In this document: one piece after another, positions 28,289 to 37,642 of the stretch
Position numbering within the stretch: the first letter of the stretch is position 1
Layout of the letters: every line of letters starts with the position of its first letter
Origin: an uncultured Hyphomicrobiales bacterium
GTDB lineage: Bacteria > Pseudomonadota > Alphaproteobacteria > Rhizobiales > CAZSNL01
Assembly: GCA_964608275.1 (NCBI GenBank)
Contig: CAZSNL010000004.1
Span: 8,265 to 72,264, forward strand
Direction: 5' to 3'
DNA length: 64,000 nucleotides
Notes under the pieces: model-generated
What the model saw: only the letters and a program-made list of their open reading frames with translations
Databases searched by the model: none
What the model was told of the DNA's origin: nothing
Made by a program: the position numbers and the translations under genes

Positions 28289-29838
28289 TCAGGCGGTGGG
28301 CCGTAGCCGCCGCCGCCGGGGGTCACCATGGTCACGACATCATCGGGCTGCATGTCCATCTTGCGCGTATCCACCACGGGCTTGCCGTTGATCTCGAACC
28401 GGCCGGGCGCACCGTCGCCGCCGCCGGCCAGCCCCTCGGCTCGGGTGGCGAGGCGGCTCGGGATCACGTTGAGCACCCAGGGCGCTCCGCTGCGGAGACG
28501 AAAGCCGATGCGTTGTCCGTCGCCGCCGCGATATGTTCCCGCACCGCCCGTTCCCAGCGCGAGTTCCTTGCAGGTAAAGACGATGGGATAGGACGCCTCC
28601 AGCACCTCGACGGGAACGGCAGCGACACCGGTTGGATAGCAGATCGCCGACAGCCCGTCCTTGGTCGCGCGAGCACCCATCCCCCCCGAATAGTTGAACA
28701 TCGAACTGGTGAAGGGGCGGCCGCTCGAGTCCTCGCCATTGATCTGAATGGTCCACACCGCTCCCGCCCCCTCCGCAACCACCCGATCCGGCACGACCTG
28801 GGCAAGCGCCTTGAGGATCGGGAAGGGCACATACATGCCCACCACGTGGCGGGCGTTCACCGGCGACGGGTATCGCGCGTTGACGATGGACCCTTCGGGC
28901 GCGGAAACCTTGATCGGGGCAAGGCTTCCGGCGTTGTTGGGCAAGTCGGGGTTTAGCGTCGAGCGCACCGCAAACGTGGAGTAGGCGTGCGTATATGCCA
29001 TTACCACGTTGATGCCGCGCCGGCTCGCCCCGGAGGAACCGGCGAAATCGATGTGGATGTCGCCGGCCTTTGAATCGATGGTGACCGTGGTCTTGAGCAC
29101 GATCAGCTCGCCGCCCGGCACATCGAAGCGCGACTCGCCATGCCATGTCCCGGATGGCAGTTTGCGGATGGCCTCGCGGGTGGCGTTTTCCGAGCGGGTG
29201 CAGATCTCGTCCGACAGGGCTTCGATGTCGTCCAGACCGTAACGGTCGCACAGCGCGTTGAGACGCTCCGCGGCTATCATGCCGCTGGAAACCTGCGCCC
29301 CGAGGTCACCCAGCAGGGCATCGGGCGTGCGGACGTTCCGGGTCAAGATGTCGAACAGGGTCTTGTTGGGCTTGCCCGCCTCGTACAGCTTCAGGACCGG
29401 TATCCACAGGCCTTCCTCATGGATGTCGCGGGCACCGGAGCCGATGCCATATCCGCCGATGTCGGTGTGGTGGATGGTCGAACCGGCATAGGCGATGATC
29501 TTGCCGTTGCGAAAGATCGGCGACAGGACCGTCACGTCGAAGAAATGTCCTGCCGACATCCACGGGTCGTTGGTGATCAGCACATCGCCCGGCTGCAGTG
29601 CCTCGGCGTCGACGTGCGCCAGCAGGTTGCGGGCGGCGGCGGCGAGCGAGTTGATGTGGCCAGGCGTGCCGGTCACCGCCTGCGCCACCATACGCGCACG
29701 GCGGTCGAACAGGGCATTGGCCAGGTCGCCGGCTTCGCGGACGATGGGGCTGAAGGCGATCCGCTGCAGCGCCCGTGCCTGTTCGCTGACAATGCTGATG
29801 AGGTTACTCCAGAGGATTTCCAGCTCGACGCTATCCAT
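28282..29838 (-). CDS. Hydantoinase B / oxoprolinase family protein
   Basis: 518 aa. The N-terminus ELEILWSNLISIVSEQARALQRIAFSPIVREAGD is typical of HyuB. Its start abuts the hyuA stop. Confidence 0.85.
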   Translation of the reverse strand: MDSVELEILWSNLISIVSEQARALQRIAFSPIVREAGDLANALFDRRARMVAQAVTGTPGHINSLAAAARNLLAHVDAEALQPGDVLITNDPWMSAGHFFDVTVLSPIFRNGKIIAYAGSTIHHTDIGGYGIGSGARDIHEEGLWIPVLKLYEAGKPNKTLFDILTRNVRTPDALLGDLGAQVSSGMIAAERLNALCDRYGLDDIEALSDEICTRSENATREAIRKLPSGTWHGESRFDVPGGELIVLKTTVTIDSKAGDIHIDFAGSSGASRRGINVVMAYTHAYSTFAVRSTLNPDLPNNAGSLAPIKVSAPEGSIVNARYPSPVNARHVVGMYVPFPILKALAQVVPDRVVAEGAGAVWTIQINGEDSSGRPFTSSMFNYSGGMGARATKDGLSAICYPTGVAAVPVEVLEASYPIVFTCKELALGTGGAGTYRGGDGQRIGFRLRSGAPWVLNVIPSRLATRAEGLAGGGDGAPGRFEINGKPVVDTRKMDMQPDDVVTMVTPGGGGYGPPPDQ

Positions 29839-31931
29839 CAGGCTGCCTCTCCGTTTCGCAGGGCAATGAGGCTCCCGCTTTCGTCGGTGTTGAGCGCCCA
29901 GCCGGGCAGGACGAACACCGTGGTTTCACGTTCTTCGACGATGACGGGACCTTCGATCGTCTGACCGGGTGCAAGCGCCCGCCGCTCGTACACCGGAACC
30001 TCGACCGGATTTCCGCGCAGGAATACGGAACGTCTCCCGCGCGGAGTTCCGGCGGTCGCGGCGATGGAGCCTGCCGCCCGATCCTTGTCGGGACCACTTG
30101 CGGTCACCCGCCAGTTAACGACTTCGATCGGAATTCCGTCGAGCTTCAACCCGTACTGGGCAACGTATTCCTGCTCGAACCGCGCGGCGATCGCAGCGCT
30201 GTCGCGGGCGATCCGCGGGTCCTCGTCAAAGGCGATCCGGAGCTCCGACTGCTGTCCGAGGTATCGGATATCTGCGGCGAAGCGGTAGATGATGTCTGCC
30301 GGCTCCATGCCTGCTTCGACCAATGCCGCCTTCCCTTCTTCGGTAAGATCGTCCACGGTGGCGGAGACCGCGTCCCAGTCGATCCTGTCGAGCGTCACGA
30401 CGTGGCTTCTGACGAGTTCGATCCGGGCAGGGGTTACCAGCGTTCCGAAGGCCGACAGCACGCTCGCGAGGGGCGGATAGACGACCATGTTGCTGTCGAT
30501 CAGTTCTGCCACCATGCACGCATGGACCGGTCCTGCGCCACCGAACGCGAGCATGGGCAGGCCTCGGTAGTCCATGCCCCGGTCGGTCGCGTGGGCCCGC
30601 ACGGCGGATGCCATCTGTTCACACACGACCTCGAACACGCCCCAGGCGGCCTGTTCCGCGGTGAGGCCGATATTCGAACCGAGCCTCGACAAGGCGGCGC
30701 GGGCGCTTTCGGCATCCAGTGTCATGTCACCGCCGAGAAAGCGCGCGGGATCGATGATACCGAGGATCACGTCTGCATCGGTCACGCATGGCTCCGTACC
30801 GCCCCGACCGTAACAGACGGGTCCGGGATCCGATCCCGCGCTTTCGGGACCGGTTTTCAGCAGTCCGAGCGCATCGATCCGTGCAATCGAGCCGCCGCCG
30901 GCGCCGATCTCGATGAGATCGATCGACGGTACGGTGACGGGCATGCCGCTGCCGGGCTTGAACCGGTAACGACGGTCGACCTCGAACGTGCCGCTGACCA
31001 GCGGCTCGAAGTTCTGGATAAGACAGGCCTTCGCCGTGGTGCCGCCCATGTCGAAGGAAAGGAGGTTGGCCATATCGCGTTGACGGGCGAAGTAGCTTGC
31101 GACGAGCGCGCCCGCGGCTGGTCCGGACTCGATCATCCGGACCGGGTGGTGGCCGGCTCTTTCGGCGCCGACAACGCCACCATTGGAGAGCATGATCAGC
31201 GGTCTCTGGATGAACCCGCGTTCTGCCAACCGTTCTGCAAGAGCCGTCAGGTAAGGCCGGGTAATCGGCTGGGTATACGCATTGATCGCGACGGTCGAGG
31301 CGCGGAGATACTCTCGCATCTGCGGGGCCACGTCGCTTGACAACGAGACGTAGATGTCCGGTGCCTCGGCCTCGAACACCCGTCGCACCGCCTGCTCGTT
31401 CTCGGAATTACGGTAGGAATTGAGCAGGCACACGGCTACTGACACCACGCCTTCGGCCCGGCAGCGCGAGACGATCTCGCGGACCTCCTCGGGATCGACC
31501 CCGCGAGCAATCGTTCCATCCGCGTAAGTCCGCTCGTCGAGCGTGAAGGTGAGCGACCGCGGAACCAGCGGTTCGGCGAATTCGATCTGCGGATCGTACA
31601 TGTCGTAGCGATGCTCGTCGCGGATATAGAGTATGTCCCGGAACCCGCGGGTCAGGACAAGCGCCGTCCGGGGCCCCTTGCGCTCGATCAGCGCGTTGGT
31701 GACCACCGTCGTCGCGTGCACGACCACATCGTCAATCTGGTGCGGTGCCAGCCCCGCCCGGCTCAGTACGGAGTCGACACCGCGAAAGAATCCAATAAGC
31801 AGGTCGTCGTGGGTCGTGAGTGTCTTGTCGACGTAACTCCGGCCATCGTCGGACAGGAGCACGGCGTCGGTGAAGGTGCCGCCGATGTCGACGGCCAGGG
31901 CGTAGCGGGTCAATGCGGGTACTCCATGCAA
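29838..31931 (-). CDS. Hydantoinase A / oxoprolinase family protein
   Basis: It has YALAVDIGGTFTD and a second ATPase-fold motif, and is 697 aa. An alternative TTG start at 31913 would reduce the 22-nt overlap with the IclR gene. Confidence 0.85.
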   Translation of the reverse strand: MHGVPALTRYALAVDIGGTFTDAVLLSDDGRSYVDKTLTTHDDLLIGFFRGVDSVLSRAGLAPHQIDDVVVHATTVVTNALIERKGPRTALVLTRGFRDILYIRDEHRYDMYDPQIEFAEPLVPRSLTFTLDERTYADGTIARGVDPEEVREIVSRCRAEGVVSVAVCLLNSYRNSENEQAVRRVFEAEAPDIYVSLSSDVAPQMREYLRASTVAINAYTQPITRPYLTALAERLAERGFIQRPLIMLSNGGVVGAERAGHHPVRMIESGPAAGALVASYFARQRDMANLLSFDMGGTTAKACLIQNFEPLVSGTFEVDRRYRFKPGSGMPVTVPSIDLIEIGAGGGSIARIDALGLLKTGPESAGSDPGPVCYGRGGTEPCVTDADVILGIIDPARFLGGDMTLDAESARAALSRLGSNIGLTAEQAAWGVFEVVCEQMASAVRAHATDRGMDYRGLPMLAFGGAGPVHACMVAELIDSNMVVYPPLASVLSAFGTLVTPARIELVRSHVVTLDRIDWDAVSATVDDLTEEGKAALVEAGMEPADIIYRFAADIRYLGQQSELRIAFDEDPRIARDSAAIAARFEQEYVAQYGLKLDGIPIEVVNWRVTASGPDKDRAAGSIAATAGTPRGRRSVFLRGNPVEVPVYERRALAPGQTIEGPVIVEERETTVFVLPGWALNTDESGSLIALRNGEAA

Positions 31932-32692
31932 CCGAGGTTCAGCGACAGCGTGCGTGCCGCCGTCCGCACCGCATCGATCTGGCGCGGTGCGGGCTGCGGC
32001 GGGATTGCCTGGATCGGCCCTGCTATGGTGATCGTGGCCTCCAGGCCGGCATTCATGCCGTACACTGGCGCGGAAAGGGCATTTACACCGGGAAGGACCT
32101 CTTCCGGCGCCGTTGCCCAGCCGCGTTGGCGCACCTGTTCGATCTCGCGGGCGAGACGATCGGGATCAATGGACGTCTGCGATGTCCATGACTTCAGACG
32201 GCGCTGTCGTACCGTCTGCCACAGTTCGTCGGGACCGAATGCAAGCGCCACCTTGCCCTGCGCAGAGCAGTGGAAGTCAAGGAGCGTGCCCGGGCGGGTG
32301 ATGATCTCGACCGGAGATTCGTAGCGGACAATATCGAGGACCCGCATCCCCTCGGTCTCGATCTGCGACAGGGTCACGGTGTGCGAGGTCTGGTCGCGCA
32401 GGCGAAGCATGACGGGTCGGGCTTCGGTCAGGAGCTTGGTGCCGTCGGCAATGGCCTGGCCGAGATGGAACAGTTTGAGCGTCAGGCGATAGCGTTCTGT
32501 TTCCGCATCCTGCTGCACGTATCCCATCGACATCAAAGTGCGCAGATAACGGAAGACGCGGGCCTTCGGCAGCCCGAGCGACTGGGAGAGCTCGGTAACC
32601 CGATGCGGTTCGCTCGACGCCGCCATGGACTCGATGATGCGGAAAGCCACCTGGGTTGACTGGTTGGTGATCTTGGGTGTTCCAGCCGTCAT
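31910..32692 (-). CDS. IclR-family transcriptional regulator
   Basis: It has an N-terminal wHTH (VTELSQSLGLPKARVFRYLRTLMSMGYV) and a C-terminal IclR effector domain. Confidence 0.85.
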   Translation of the reverse strand: MTAGTPKITNQSTQVAFRIIESMAASSEPHRVTELSQSLGLPKARVFRYLRTLMSMGYVQQDAETERYRLTLKLFHLGQAIADGTKLLTEARPVMLRLRDQTSHTVTLSQIETEGMRVLDIVRYESPVEIITRPGTLLDFHCSAQGKVALAFGPDELWQTVRQRRLKSWTSQTSIDPDRLAREIEQVRQRGWATAPEEVLPGVNALSAPVYGMNAGLEATITIAGPIQAIPPQPAPRQIDAVRTAARTLSLNLGCMEYPH

Positions 32693-32702
32693 GCGTCACC
32701 TC

Positions 32703-33977
32703 TCACTGGATGAGTTGCGGCAGGAACAGCGAGACCGCCGGCACGAAGGTGACGAGCATCAGCACGCCGACGCAAATGATGATGAATGGAATGGCGGCCA
32801 AAGACACCTGGTCGAGCGGGACACGGCCAATCGAGCCGACGATGAACAGGCACAGCCCAACTGGTGGCGTGATCATGCCGATCATCAGGTTGAGCACCAC
32901 CATGACACCGAACTGGATCGGATCGAGACCGGACGCCGGAATCAGTTCGCTGAGCACGGGCATTGCCAGGATCAATGCTGCAAGGGGTTCGAGGAAAAAG
33001 CCCATGACGAGCAGCAACACATTGAGGAGCAGCAACAGGAGCGTCGGGTCGCTGGTAATGCCGAGGATGGCCCGGGCGAGGGTCTGCGGGATATTCTCGA
33101 AACTGAGGATGAACGACGTCATGCTCGCCATTGAGACGATGAGCATGATGCCCGCCGACATGCTCGCCGTTTCGTAGAAGCATTGCCAGATGCGGTGCAG
33201 GGTCAGGGTCCTGTAAAGGACAACACCGACGATCAGCGCGTATGCCGCTGCCACCGCGGCAGCCTCGGTTGGCGTGAAGATGCCGCCGCGAATTCCACCA
33301 ACAATGATCACGGGGAGCATCAGTGCCGGGATTGCCCCCATCACCGCCGAGCGCCGCTCGCTGCGCGGCAGCGGTGGCGGCAGCGGGTGCTGTTCGCGCC
33401 TGGCACGCCAAAGCGCGTAGGCGATCAAGGCGCCACACAGCACCATGGCAGGGCCGATGCCAGCAACAAAGAGATCGCCGATCGAGGTGCCGGTGAGCAC
33501 GCCGTAGATGATGAGGGCAAGCGACGGTGGCACAAGCGGACCGAGCAGTGCCCCCGCCGCGGTGAGCGCTGCGGCATAACGCGCCGTGTAGCCGTCACGG
33601 ACCATTGCCGGGATCATCACGCCGCCCAGCGCCGCGGCTTCTGCCGTGGCGGCGCCGCTAACTCCGGAGAACATCATGGCTGCAACGACATTGACGGCGG
33701 CAAGACCGCCACGGACGCGGCCGACGACGAGCTGGGCGAAACGGACAATCTGCTGGGTCAGGTTTGCGGCATTCATCAAGTTGCCGGCGAGGATGAAGAA
33801 GGGGATGGTGAGCAGGACAAACTGATCGATCCCGGCAATCATGCGCTGCGGGAACGCCAGCATGAGATTGAGATTGCCGGAGACCAGGAGGTAGAGCAGC
33901 GACGCCAGCCCGAGGCTGAGTGCGACCGGTATGCCGATGGCGAGAAAGACGCCGAAGCCGATCAGGTAGACTGTCAC
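32703..33977 (-). CDS. TRAP transporter large permease (DctM family)
   Basis: 424 aa and highly hydrophobic. The N-terminus MTVYLIGFGVFLAIGIPVALSLGLASL is typical of DctM. It overlaps the dctQ stop by 4 nt. Confidence 0.85.
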   Translation of the reverse strand: MTVYLIGFGVFLAIGIPVALSLGLASLLYLLVSGNLNLMLAFPQRMIAGIDQFVLLTIPFFILAGNLMNAANLTQQIVRFAQLVVGRVRGGLAAVNVVAAMMFSGVSGAATAEAAALGGVMIPAMVRDGYTARYAAALTAAGALLGPLVPPSLALIIYGVLTGTSIGDLFVAGIGPAMVLCGALIAYALWRARREQHPLPPPLPRSERRSAVMGAIPALMLPVIIVGGIRGGIFTPTEAAAVAAAYALIVGVVLYRTLTLHRIWQCFYETASMSAGIMLIVSMASMTSFILSFENIPQTLARAILGITSDPTLLLLLLNVLLLVMGFFLEPLAALILAMPVLSELIPASGLDPIQFGVMVVLNLMIGMITPPVGLCLFIVGSIGRVPLDQVSLAAIPFIIICVGVLMLVTFVPAVSLFLPQLIQ

Positions 33978-34516
33978 GGGCTGTCTCCTGCTGTTCTCGC
34001 GGCGAGCAATTCACGCAGGCAGCGAACTGTCTGGGCCGCCACGTGAACTGCAAGAATGGCCATGCCGATCGGCAGCGCGGCATAGACCCAGAAGACCGTG
34101 ATCGGGGCGCGGCTCGAAATGCCGAAGAGGTCGTGAAGAATGAAACCGAGAGCGGGAATTGGTTGGCTTCCGCTCAGTTCGGCGTAGCGTAGACCGTAGT
34201 ATACCAGAAGTCCCAGCAGGCCGAGAATCAGGACGTTTCTGAAGATCAGCAGGATGCGGGCGAGTAGTGCCGGCAGAGAGCGTTCCAGCAGTTCGACGGC
34301 GGCGATCTCACCCCTGGCGTAGGCAACGCCGCAGGCAATGAACGAGAGCCAGATGAGAAGATAGCGGCAGAGCTCTTCCGCCCAGATGAGCGAAGAATTG
34401 AATCCGTAACGAGCAATCACCTGGAGCAGCATGACGGCAAGCAGGACCGACATCATCGTCGCCAGGACATGCCGCATCGTACTGGCGTAGAGGCGTGAGA
34501 GCGCTCTGGCTTCCAT
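33974..34516 (-). CDS. TRAP transporter small permease (DctQ family)
   Basis: ORF 33974..34660; I chose the ATG at 34516. It has four TM helices and is about 180 aa. Confidence 0.75.
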   Translation of the reverse strand: MEARALSRLYASTMRHVLATMMSVLLAVMLLQVIARYGFNSSLIWAEELCRYLLIWLSFIACGVAYARGEIAAVELLERSLPALLARILLIFRNVLILGLLGLLVYYGLRYAELSGSQPIPALGFILHDLFGISSRAPITVFWVYAALPIGMAILAVHVAAQTVRCLRELLAARTAGDSP

Positions 34517-34678
34517 CGGAATGATTCCGGTTGCTATCGCTGGTGGTCCGGAAAGTCGTCGCAGCGGATGTGGCGACGCTTGCCGACCGGAACTCGGAAC
34601 TGCCGCCTGGCAGGAGACGGTTGCCCCTGGCAGTCCGCGTCCCGCACGGAAGCGTCGCACGGATACGGGTAAGTAAAT

Positions 34679-35059
34679 TCAGCCCTTTTCTTTCTCGAAG
34701 TCCGGCTCCTGGTAGGCGGTCAGGTGCCGATAGTCGTCACGAACCGGAGCGAAGACATCGAGGTTCAGAGCAGTACCCCCGATTGCCTCGCCGGAGTGGA
34801 CCACGTCGGGCGGAATGCGCAGCACCTCGCCGGCGCCCACTTCCACGACCTCATCCCCGACGGTGAAGCGTACCCGACCCTCGACAATGAAGGCCAGCTG
34901 CTCGAACGGGTGCGAATGCGGCCTGACCTCCATTCCAGGCTCGAGCCAGTTCATCACCATCAGCGCATTGTCACCGCGAAAGCCCGCCCGGCTGACGCCG
35001 GGGCGGACCTGCTCGCGGGGCAACTCGGTCCAGCGGTATACCCGTACCTTGTCACCCAT
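34679..35059 (-). CDS. Cupin-domain protein
   Basis: HSHPFEQLAFIVEGRVRF...GEVLRIPPDVVHSGEA carries the two cupin motifs. Size is 126 aa. Confidence 0.75.
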   Translation of the reverse strand: MGDKVRVYRWTELPREQVRPGVSRAGFRGDNALMVMNWLEPGMEVRPHSHPFEQLAFIVEGRVRFTVGDEVVEVGAGEVLRIPPDVVHSGEAIGGTALNLDVFAPVRDDYRHLTAYQEPDFEKEKG

Positions 35060-35063
35060 CGGT

Positions 35064-36047
35064 TCACGATCCCTGTCGGGCGAGATCGATGAACTCCCGG
35101 ATCAGCGGGTCCTTGCCGGCCCATTCCTCGAGGATCGGTTCCATCCGTTCCTTCATCGTCTCGAGGTCCTCGAGCTCGCCGATCGTGACGCCCTGGGACT
35201 TCAGGAACTCGGCGGTCTCGTCTTCCTGATTCCTCGCATGCTCGTAGTGCATGCGGATCGTCTCATGGCCCGCCTCGACGATTGCCTGTTGCACGTCCTC
35301 GGGCAGGGCGTCGAACTTCGCCTGATTCATGACCACGACACCCGGCCAGAAATAATGGCCGGTGAGGGTCACGTACTTGGCGTTCTGGTAAAGGCTCTCG
35401 GTCTGTATCGAGGACAGATTGATTTCCACGGCATCAATGGTGCCGGTCTCAAGCCCCGAATAGACTTCGCCGTAGGCCATGCCTATCGGGTTGGCGCCAA
35501 CGGCTTCCCAGGTCCTCTTGTGCAGAGGGATCGGTACAATACGCGTCTTCTGGCCACTGAAGTCCTCGATTGTCCGAACCTGCTTGGTCCGGCTGAGGAA
35601 ATGCCGCAGACCGGCCTCGTAGAAGCCCAGCCCCTTCATGTTCTTCTCGGAAAGACTGTCCAGCATCTTCTGGGCGACTTCCGACGTAAGCAAGTCGGCC
35701 ATCTGGTCATAAGAGGTCACGAGGAAAGGCAGCTGCAGCGCCGATATGGCCTCGGCTCCGGCGGCAAGCGGGAAAGTGGGCGAAGACACGAGTGCACCAT
35801 CGATCGTGCCCAGCTGGACGCCCTCAAGGAGCTGCTTGTCGTCGCCAAGTTGACGGTCGCCATGAACCTGGATTTCGACCGCACCACCGGTCTTTTCCGC
35901 CACGGCGCGGGCAAACATCTCGAGGCCATCGTGGAAGAGATGCCGCGACGAAGCCGCATGGCCGAATCTCAGCAAGGTATCTGCCGCCATGGCCGGCCAA
36001 GCCATCGACAGCACCATCAATGCCACGATTGTTCTCAGGACAGTCAT
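35064..36047 (-). CDS. TRAP transporter solute-binding protein (DctP family)
   Basis: ORF 35064..36131; I chose the ATG at 36047, which gives the signal peptide MTVLRTIVALMVLSMAWPAMA. It has a DctP-like body (LRFGHAASS...). Confidence 0.85.
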   Translation of the reverse strand: MTVLRTIVALMVLSMAWPAMAADTLLRFGHAASSRHLFHDGLEMFARAVAEKTGGAVEIQVHGDRQLGDDKQLLEGVQLGTIDGALVSSPTFPLAAGAEAISALQLPFLVTSYDQMADLLTSEVAQKMLDSLSEKNMKGLGFYEAGLRHFLSRTKQVRTIEDFSGQKTRIVPIPLHKRTWEAVGANPIGMAYGEVYSGLETGTIDAVEINLSSIQTESLYQNAKYVTLTGHYFWPGVVVMNQAKFDALPEDVQQAIVEAGHETIRMHYEHARNQEDETAEFLKSQGVTIGELEDLETMKERMEPILEEWAGKDPLIREFIDLARQGS

Positions 36048-36506
36048 CCGTTCCCTCCTGCTGCTGCCAATTTGTTTCGATATGCGATACACAGTATTAA
36101 TATCTGAAACCGCAAAGCCCGCAATTGTCAAGCATCAGAACTCCCACACCGCCATGTCGTGCCAGGTGATCATGCATCGATCTCCTCGAGCGAATGGCTT
36201 GGCCTGCATTGCCGAAGCCTGACCGGCGCACTGCGACTTCCGTACGGCGGCAGGACTGCTTGCAGTTGCCACACTTCTCAGACCCTCGAAGATCATCCGC
36301 TTGGCTTGCCGATGCAAAATTGTGGCGCCATATCAGAAGGCAGGATCGGAATGTCTCCTGGGTCGGCACGACTGACCGAAGGATCGTGACCATGGACTTT
36401 CGCACAGGCTCGACCCTTCGGCAGCGAGGAACCGGGCGCGTCCTTGGCTCGTTGCGCGATCGGCTCCGGCGATCGGACCGGAGTGTTCGATGAAGGAGGT
36501 GGTGTC

Positions 36507-37055
36507 GTGGAAACTGAACCCCAGATCGTCTACCAGAACGTGGATCCTTCGCCTTGGCTGACGGAACACATTCGTGAACGGATCGCAAAGCTGGAGCAAT
36601 TCCACGATCGCATCACGTCCTGCAGGGTGGTCGTGGCGTTGCCGCATCGCAGCGGGCGGAAGGGCAAGCAGTTTCACGTAAGTCTGGACATCGTTGTTCC
36701 CGGGGGACAGATCATCGTCAACCGGCAGCCCGGCGACGACGATGCCCACGAGGACGTTCTGGTTGCCGTTCGTGACGCGTTCAATGCGGCCCAGCGTCAG
36801 CTCGAGGATCACACGCGGAAGCTCGAGCCCCATCTGACGAAGGATCATCCGAACAAGCGTCGTGGCACGGTCGTCAGGCTGTTTGCGGATCAGGGCTACG
36901 GCTTTATCGCGGCAGCAGACGGTCAAGAGTATTTTTTCCGTCGGGAAAGCGCGACCGGCGACGACTGGCAACGGATGGAGGTGGGAACGGAAGTCCGGTT
37001 CAATGAAATGCACGGCGAGCAGGGCCCCCACGCGGTGGCCGTCTCGCTCGCCTGA
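36507..37055 (+). CDS. Fusion protein: HPF/RaiA (ribosomal S30AE)-like N-terminal domain plus C-terminal cold-shock domain
   Basis: The GTG at 36507 lies 7 nt after AAGGAGG (36493-36499). The N-terminal ~100 aa (ITSCRVVVALPHRSGRKGKQFHVSLDIVVPGG...AVRDAFNAAQRQLEDH) resembles hibernation-factor/YfiA proteins. The C-terminus GTVVRLFADQGYGFI...YFFRR carries RNP1/RNP2-like cold-shock motifs. Confidence 0.7.
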   Translation: METEPQIVYQNVDPSPWLTEHIRERIAKLEQFHDRITSCRVVVALPHRSGRKGKQFHVSLDIVVPGGQIIVNRQPGDDDAHEDVLVAVRDAFNAAQRQLEDHTRKLEPHLTKDHPNKRRGTVVRLFADQGYGFIAAADGQEYFFRRESATGDDWQRMEVGTEVRFNEMHGEQGPHAVAVSLA

Positions 37056-37060
37056 CGGGC

Positions 37061-37552
37061 CTAATCGGAGGCGCCCAACGTTTCCAGATAGGCCATTACC
37101 TTCAGAATCTGGTCCTGGTCGATCCGGCGGCCGAACGCCTGCATGGCGCCGGCCGCGCCTCCGTAGATGACTTCGAACATGCCCTTGTCGGTCGCGACCT
37201 GGGGATACTTGACGTGGTCATCCACAAGATTGGGGCCTATCCGTCCGGTACCATCCCGAAGATGGCAGGCGGCACAAAGCCGTTCATAGAGCGGCTTGCC
37301 CTTAGCGATTGCCTGTTCGTCACCCGAATAGGGGTTCTCGGCGGTACGGTGAAATTCCTCGACGGCAGGCGTGATCTGCTGGTCGGGCCGGAAATTCATG
37401 TCGAGAGGCTTGCCATCCAGAGCATGCCGGAAGACGATTTCTGCTCCTTCAGTCGAGGAAGATTCCGCATCCGTTCCGCCCTGTTGCGCGTTGATTGCGG
37501 CACCTGCGCAAAGAGCGGCGACAAGTACCAGACTGCCGACCAACTGTTTCAT
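37061..37552 (-). CDS. Periplasmic c-type cytochrome (class I)
   Basis: It has a signal peptide and the haem motif CAACH with a downstream Met (GAMQAF). It lies immediately downstream of the PQQ sugar dehydrogenase. Confidence 0.8.
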   Translation of the reverse strand: MKQLVGSLVLVAALCAGAAINAQQGGTDAESSSTEGAEIVFRHALDGKPLDMNFRPDQQITPAVEEFHRTAENPYSGDEQAIAKGKPLYERLCAACHLRDGTGRIGPNLVDDHVKYPQVATDKGMFEVIYGGAAGAMQAFGRRIDQDQILKVMAYLETLGASD

Positions 37553-37642
37553 GATGCATCTGCCTGTAACGGCCCCGCGCCGCGACCCGGCGCGGGGCGT
37601 CTTCGTGAGTGGACGAGGCGTGAACAGGTAAACGCCTGAAGG

